From: Streptosporangiaceae bacterium
Lineage (GTDB): Bacteria > Actinomycetota > Actinomycetes > Streptosporangiales > Streptosporangiaceae
Length of the DNA: 30,064 bases
NCBI GenBank assembly: GCA_035946955.1
Contig: DASYYE010000531.1
Coordinates: 1-30,064 of the forward strand
Direction: 5' to 3'
A model generated the notes under the pieces. It ran no database searches, was not told the origin of the DNA, and saw only the letters and a list, made by a program, of their open reading frames with translations. Shown one piece after another: positions 24,650 to 30,064 of the stretch. Made by a program: the position numbers and the translations under genes. Position 1 is the first letter of the stretch, and every line of letters starts with the position of its first letter.

Positions 24650-25120
24650 TCAGACCCCCAGATCCTTGCGCAGCCTCGCGACGTGCCCGGTGGCTTTGAC
24701 GTTGTAGTACGCGCGTTCCACCGTCCCGTCCGGCCCGACCACAATGGTAGAGCGGATCACCCCGACCCTGGTCTTGCCGTAGAGGGTCTTCTCGCCGTAC
24801 GCACCGTAGGCCCGGTGGGCCTCCAGGCCCGGGTCGGACAGCAGCGGGAACGTGAGGCCATCGCGCTCGCGGAACTTCGCCAGGCGGGCCGGCTCATCCG
24901 GGGAAACCCCCAGCACCCGCACGCCAGCGGCATTGAGCGCACTCAGGCTGTCGCGGAAGTCGCACGCCTCCTTGGTGCAGCCAGGTGTCATCGCAGCAGG
25001 GTAGAAGTACACGACCACACGCTCACCGCGCAGTGACGACAGCCGCACCGGTGCCCCGTCCGCGTCCGGCAGTTCGAAGTCCGGCGCCTTGTCGCCAGGC
25101 GCCAGCCTGTGCTCGCTCAC
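24650..25120 (-). CDS. bcp: Thioredoxin-dependent thiol peroxidase Bcp (peroxiredoxin Q/BCP family).
   Basis: APDFELPDADGAPVRLSSLRGERVVVYFYPAAMTPGCTKEACDFRD contains the peroxidatic Cys in the TPGCT motif. 156 aa. Confidence 0.9.
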   Translation of the reverse strand: MSEHRLAPGDKAPDFELPDADGAPVRLSSLRGERVVVYFYPAAMTPGCTKEACDFRDSLSALNAAGVRVLGVSPDEPARLAKFRERDGLTFPLLSDPGLEAHRAYGAYGEKTLYGKTRVGVIRSTIVVGPDGTVERAYYNVKATGHVARLRKDLGV

Positions 25121-25307
25121 TTACCTACTCCTCGCCTGACTCTCGCTGGGCTGACGCACCATCGTAGGGGCTGCACAGCCTGGCTGGCACATAGCATCGG
25201 GTGTGTCCATGGCCTGGCGGTCGCCGGCGCATCGTGTGTCCCGGTTTGCGTCCCTACGGGTAGTAACGTGTAGGCCTCCGTGCACCCTACAAGTAACAGG
25301 GGGGACG

Positions 25308-26213
25308 ATGACCTCTCCGCACCCTCACACCCAGCTGGGCACTGCGTGGCGCCTCTTGGTGGCCCGGCCCCTGCGGTCCACAGTGCTGTGCGCGGTAGCG
25401 GTGGCCACCGCCGCTGGCTGCACCTCGACGAGCACCAGCGGCCACTCCCACGGCAGCCAGCCCTCGGCCACCAGCACGGCAACCGCAGCCGCCAGCGGCG
25501 GTTCGGGCAACGCCGGCCCGGCCAGCCAGGTACTCACTGCCGTGGCCGCCAAGGCCAGGCAGATCGCCTCGGTGTCCGCCACCATGGACGTCACTACCAC
25601 AGGGACTCAAGCCGGCACCGTGCACGGCACCATGGCCTCGCAGGCCAATCCCTTCCTGTCACAGATGACCTTCCGGAGTTCCACGGGCGGCGCAGCGGGC
25701 AACGTGACGATCGTGGCCACCTCCACCGCGGTCTACCTGAAGGTGAGCGGGCTGAGCACCATCACGAAGAAGCCGTGGGTGAAGCTGTCCGTGTCAAGCC
25801 TGAACTCCCCCACCGGCGCCACCCTCGCGCCGATCGTGCGCGACTTCCAGGCTGACAACCCGGCGACCCAGGCCCAGATGCTCACCGCCGCCACCAACGT
25901 GCACCAGGTTGGCACCGCGACCATCAACGGCATCCCCACGACCGAGTATTCGGGCTCGCTGAACCTGGCGGCGGCCATAGCAAAGGATCCGAACCTGCGC
26001 CGGGAACTGGGCTCCGCCCTGGCCTCGGGCGTCACAGGCACGGTCAAGTTCAACGTCTGGGTGGACAGCCAGGACATCATCAGGAAGATCGTGGACACCA
26101 CGACAGAGATGGGCAACCACAGCACCGTCACCATCTTGATCACCTCAGTGAACAAGCCGGTCTCGGTGACGATCCCGCCAGCGAGCCAGGTCGGCACCCT
26201 GCCCGGCTTCTGA
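25308..26213 (+). CDS. Secreted lipoprotein of unknown function, possibly LppX/LprAFG-like.
   Basis: Signal peptide with a lipobox (LLVARPLRSTVLCAVAVATAAGC), a Ser/Thr/Ala-rich linker, then a ~230 aa domain. ATG at 25308. Confidence 0.6.
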   Translation: MTSPHPHTQLGTAWRLLVARPLRSTVLCAVAVATAAGCTSTSTSGHSHGSQPSATSTATAAASGGSGNAGPASQVLTAVAAKARQIASVSATMDVTTTGTQAGTVHGTMASQANPFLSQMTFRSSTGGAAGNVTIVATSTAVYLKVSGLSTITKKPWVKLSVSSLNSPTGATLAPIVRDFQADNPATQAQMLTAATNVHQVGTATINGIPTTEYSGSLNLAAAIAKDPNLRRELGSALASGVTGTVKFNVWVDSQDIIRKIVDTTTEMGNHSTVTILITSVNKPVSVTIPPASQVGTLPGF

Positions 26214-26249
26214 CCGGTCCACGTTGACCCGGGCCCACACAGGCCCAGG

Positions 26250-26870
26250 TCAGCCGCCCAGCAAGGCGGCGATGACCGGCATGAGCCGGCGCAGCGCCTG
26301 CCCGCGGTGGCTGATCCTGTCCTTGTCCTCCGCGCTCATCTGTGCGGTGGTCAGCTGAGACCCGTCCGGGACGAAGACCGGGTCGTAGCCGAACCCGTTG
26401 CTGCCCCGGGGCGCGTCGGTGAGCCAGCCGTACACGGTCCCTTCGGTCACGTGTTCGGTCCCCGACGGGAGCACCAGTGCGGCCGCGCACTCGAAGTGCG
26501 CCCCACGGCGGCCAGCGGGCACGTCGGCGAGTTGCGCCAGGACCAGTCGCAGATTCGCCTCGTCGTCGCCGTGGCGGCCAGCCCAGCGCGCGGAGAGCAC
26601 GCCGGGCATGCCGTTCAGGGCGTCCACACACAGGCCCGAGTCATCAGCGACCGCTGGCAGGTGGGTGCAGGCGGCGACGGCGCGCGCCTTGAGCAGCGCG
26701 TTCTCGGCGAACGTCGCACCCGTCTCCGCGACCTCGGCCATGCCGGGGAACTCGTCGAGATCCACCGCGGCCACGGGTACCCGGGCTGCGGCGATGATGC
26801 GGCTCAGCTCGGTGAGCTTGCCGGGGTTGTGCGTGGCGAGGACGAGCCGGGACGGGCTGGCCTGGGTCAC
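26250..26870 (-). CDS. rdgB: Non-canonical purine NTP pyrophosphatase (dITP/XTP pyrophosphatase), RdgB/HAM1 family.
   Basis: [18 protein letters not shown]...[16 protein letters not shown]...FGYDPVF...[12 protein letters not shown]. Confidence 0.9.
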   Translation of the reverse strand: MTQASPSRLVLATHNPGKLTELSRIIAAARVPVAAVDLDEFPGMAEVAETGATFAENALLKARAVAACTHLPAVADDSGLCVDALNGMPGVLSARWAGRHGDDEANLRLVLAQLADVPAGRRGAHFECAAALVLPSGTEHVTEGTVYGWLTDAPRGSNGFGYDPVFVPDGSQLTTAQMSAEDKDRISHRGQALRRLMPVIAALLGG

Positions 26871-27586
26871 CGCGCCAGCGTCTCCTGCTGCAGGCGGGTC
26901 AGGTCCGCGCAGCCCGCGACCGCCAGCTCGAGCAGTTCGTCCAGGAGCGCACGGCTGAACGGCTCACGCTCGGCCGTCCCCTGGACCTCCACGAACCTGC
27001 CGTCGCCGGTGCAGACCACGTTCATGTCGGTCTGTGCCGCCACGTCCTCCTCGTAACACAGGTCCAGCCGCGGCTCGCCGTCCACGATCCCGACGCTGAC
27101 CGCTGCCACCGAGGCCACGAGCGGGTTGCCCCTGCACCGCTTGCGGGCGGTCAGCCAGCCGAGCGCGTCCGCCAGTGCGACGTAGCCGCCGGTGACCGCG
27201 GCAGTCCGGGTGCCGCCGTCGGCCTGCAGCACGTCGCAGTCGATGATGACCGTGTTCTCCCCCAGGGCCTTGGTGTCCACGCAGGCCCGAAGCGACCTGC
27301 CGACCAGGCGGGAGATCTCCTGGGTGCGGCCACCGGGCCGTCCCTTGACCGACTCGCGGTCCGAACGGCTGTTCGTGGCCCGGGGCAGCATGGCGTACTC
27401 CGCCGTCACCCAGCCGAGCCCGCTGCCACGCCGCCACCGCGGCACCTCCTCGGTGGCACTTGCCGCGCAGAGCACCCGGGTCTGCCCGAACTCCACGAGC
27501 ACCGACCCTTCGGCATGTTCCAGCCAGCCGCGTGTCATCTTGATCTCGCGGAGCTGTTGGTTGGTACGTCCATCCGGTCGGGGCAT
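26867..27586 (-). CDS. rph: Ribonuclease PH.
   Basis: [43 protein letters not shown]...[29 protein letters not shown]. The stop overlaps the rdgB start. Confidence 0.9.
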   Translation of the reverse strand: MPRPDGRTNQQLREIKMTRGWLEHAEGSVLVEFGQTRVLCAASATEEVPRWRRGSGLGWVTAEYAMLPRATNSRSDRESVKGRPGGRTQEISRLVGRSLRACVDTKALGENTVIIDCDVLQADGGTRTAAVTGGYVALADALGWLTARKRCRGNPLVASVAAVSVGIVDGEPRLDLCYEEDVAAQTDMNVVCTGDGRFVEVQGTAEREPFSRALLDELLELAVAGCADLTRLQQETLAR

Positions 27587-27596
27587 GCGGGACAGC

Positions 27597-29945
27597 CTAG
27601 TCTGTCGCCGTAGTGCCCTCGGCCTGGAGCAGGGCAGTGACCTCACGTTGACTGTGCTGGTCACCGATCTCGCGGAAGATGGCCAGGGCGCGCTCCAGGT
27701 AACGCCTGGCCTCGGCGGTCTCGCCCTGGGCCGAGGACAGCTCGGCCAGTTCGACGAACGTCCGAGCCTCCTCATGACGGTCGCCGAGCGCGGCGAAGTC
27801 ACCCTTGGCCTCGGTGAGCAGGCGCAGTGCCAGCCCAAAGTGCCCGAGTCTGCACTCGATGACACCGAGGTTGCCCGTTGCCCTGGCCTTGCCGTGCCTG
27901 TCCCCGACGTGAGCGAACAGTTCAGCGGCACGTTGCTGACACCCCGCCGCTTCGGCGTAACGGCTGGAGCTGAGATAGACGCGCCCGAGGTTGGCGAGGC
28001 TCAGCGCCTCACCGTGATGGTCCCCCAGGTTGCTGAACGAGGCGATCGCCGCCTCGTTGGCCGCGACCGCGTCTGTCAGTCTGCCGGTTTCGTGGTAGGT
28101 GCTGGCCAGGTTTCCCAGGACTTTCGCCTCGCCGTGGGAATATCCGACCTCACGGAACAGTGCCAGCGCCTGCACGTAGCACTCGGTGGCCTCCTCGAGC
28201 CGGCCCAGCGGGCGGTAGGCGTTGCCGAGATTACACAGCACCTTTCCCTCGGCTTCGGCGTCGCAGAGCCGACGGGCAGCCTAGGCCGCGCTGCGATGGG
28301 TGGTGATCCAGTCGGAGTAGTGCTTGCGCAGGTCGAAGTAGGCGTACAGGGCGGTGGGGAGTTGCCAGGCCACCGGCTCGTCGTGGTGGCTGGCGGCGGT
28401 GACGCTCATCGCGACCAGGTTTACCCGCTCTGCTTCGCACCAGGACAGCGCGTCGGCGTGGCTGGTGAACGCCTGCGGCGGCACCGCTGTCGCGGGCGGC
28501 GGCGGTTGCATGGGTGGCAGGTGGGGGCTCAGCGCCACCCTGGCCGCGCACGCACTGTGGAGGTACCAGCTCCCCAGCCGGGCGAGGGCCTGGGAGCGCC
28601 CGGCTTCGGGCTCCTCCGCCAGTGCCCGGTCACGGGCAAACAGTGCAAGCAGGTCGTGCAAGCGGAACCGGTCCTGGCTGTGCTCTGTCACGAGGTGGGC
28701 GCCCACCAGGTCAGCCATCAGGCTGGCGCAGCGCCCGACCGGGCACCCGGCCAGGGCAGCGGCCGCTGGCACGGTGATATCCGCGCCCTCGTGCAGCCCC
28801 ATCATGCGGAAGAGCTGCTGGTGGGCTGTGCCGAGCGCGTCATAGGACCAGCTGAAGACCGCCCGGATGGCAGTTGTCTCGTCGTCGCCGGTGGCCAGCG
28901 CGTCCAGCCGGTGGAACTGGTCGGTGAGCCGGGCAAGCCCAGCTGCGATGGTGCCCTGCTGGCCAGCGGTGACGCGTTCCGCGGCGATGCGCAATGCGAG
29001 CGGGTGGTAGCCGCAGACCTCGGCGAGCGCGGCTACGGCGCCCGGTTCGGCGTCTGCCCGCTCCGGGCCGATGACCTGACGCAGCAGGCGCCGCGCCTCA
29101 GCCGGGGTGAGCACGTCCACCACGACGCGCTGGACGCCCTCCCTGGCGACCAGGCTCGGGAGGCGGCTGCGGCTGGTGATCAGCACGACACACGTCGGCG
29201 AAGCTGGCAGCAACGGCCGGACCTGTTCGGCGGTCCGGGCATTGTCGAGCACCAACAGCATGCGGCGTCCCGTCATGAGGGTGCGGAACGCGGCGACGCG
29301 TTCCTCTCCGGACACAGGCAACTGCCCAGCCGGGACCCCGAGTGCCGGCAGCAGCACACCCAGTGCCTCCAAAGGAGGCACTGGGAGCCTGGACGGGTGG
29401 TACCCGCACAGGTCGATGTACAGGTCACCGTCGGGGAACCGGTGACGGGCCAGGTGCCCCCAGTGCACCGCCAGCGCCGTCTTGCCAACACCTCCCATGC
29501 CACTGATCGCCGAGAGCAACACGGGGGCCGCAGCCTCGGTGTCCAGGTGACGGTCCAGTACGGACAGTTCGGCGCCGCGCCCGGTGAACCCCGTGGCCGG
29601 CGTCGGCAGCAGCCGCGGCACCACGGTCGCACGTCCAGCCGGCCAGGCCGGTACAGGCGCACCGGCGGTGGTCGCCGCCCGCGCCTCCATGGCAGCGCGC
29701 TGCGCCAAGGCGTCCCTGCGCAGCGGCCGGAGCGTGCCCGGCGCCAGCCCGAAACAGCGTTCATAGGCGGCTAATGTGTCGAGGCTGGGAACCCGCCGCC
29801 CCGACTCGAACTCGACGATCGTGGTGTGCGAGGCAAGGCTGAGCGACTTGCACAGGTCACGTTGTGCCAGGCCACGTTCCCGGCGGAGCTTCCGGAGCTC
29901 AATCCCAAGCCGTCGGGCAGCGTCCCCCTCCGGGCTACGAACCAT
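27597..29945 (-). pseudogene. XRE-HTH / NB-ARC (STAND NTPase) / TPR regulator, interrupted by a single in-frame TAG at 28281..28283.
   Basis: N-terminal HTH (LGIELRKLRRERGLAQRDLCKSL), NB-ARC P-loop (ISGMGGVGKTALAV) and motifs LLVLDNA and VVLITSRS. After the TAG the same frame continues directly into about seven TPR repeats (ORF 27597..28241). The two ORFs are separated by 39 nt with no frame change. Confidence 0.75.
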
Positions 29946-30064
29946 CCACAATCCTCGCGGTGAACCACAGACAACCCGGGCCGCCAATGTAGCGAACGAC
30001 CACGCACCGTCTCAAGGCCCACCCACGAGACAGCAGGACGTGGCCGGGCGGGTCGGGCGGGCAC

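Noticed and set aside
26231-26246. GGGCC-cacaca-GGCCC hairpin between the convergent lipoprotein and rdgB genes as a possible terminator
   Set aside because: Only a 5-bp stem with no U-tract on either strand. Too weak to call.
28281-28283. Possibility that the odd tRNA (24574..24646) suppresses the in-frame TAG in the NB-ARC/TPR gene
   Set aside because: The tRNA anticodon is UAG (reads CUA/CUG codons), not CUA. It cannot decode an amber (UAG) codon.
27192-29774. 860 aa plus-strand ORF antisense to the rph, TPR and NB-ARC genes
   Set aside because: Extremely R/G/P-rich nonsense translation. The opposite strand carries RNase PH and NB-ARC/TPR motifs.

Overview
This 30 kb window reads as high-GC (roughly 70%) actinobacterial chromosome, densely packed with about 35 genes on both strands. 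No transposase, integrase, CRISPR array or rRNA gene is visible.

Genes in order:
- A bacterial RNA-repair cassette at the left edge: Hen1 RNA 2'-O-methyltransferase, translationally coupled through a GTGA overlap to the 5' part of the Pnkp polynucleotide kinase-phosphatase, which runs off the window.
- A flotillin (SPFH) gene with a small NfeD-like partner.
- A MerR/GyrI-like regulator and a DUF998-like membrane protein.
- A LuxR-family response regulator preceded only by the C-terminal remnant of its histidine kinase.
- A prenyltransferase-repeat hypothetical and an AraC regulator.
- A translationally coupled five-gene operon: ECF sigma factor, membrane protein, ABC ATPase, permease-like protein, membrane protein.
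- A PRC-barrel protein followed by a large GH13 alpha-glucan enzyme.
- A standalone TOPRIM protein, then a small GntR regulator with a membrane-anchored beta-propeller protein.
- Type-II NADH dehydrogenase with a DUF2007-like small protein.
- A fused tandem gamma-carbonic-anhydrase-like protein.
- An ArsR / SRPBCC / DUF1905 operon and a solitary RsbW-like ATP-binding protein.
- Two divergent SAM-dependent methyltransferases.
- A tRNA-like gene directly behind the bcp peroxiredoxin gene.
- A lipoprotein, then the rph-rdgB operon.
- An XRE-HTH / NB-ARC / TPR STAND-type regulator interrupted by one in-frame amber codon.

Features worth a second look:
- A perfect 20-bp palindrome just upstream of the Hen1-Pnkp operon.
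- A tRNA with a Leu-type anticodon and D-arm but a short variable loop, with repeats of its 3' end alongside.
- The truncated kinase.
- The amber-interrupted STAND gene.
- A 13-bp inverted repeat covering a methyltransferase start codon.

No unambiguous novel multi-gene system (for example a defence island) is evident.
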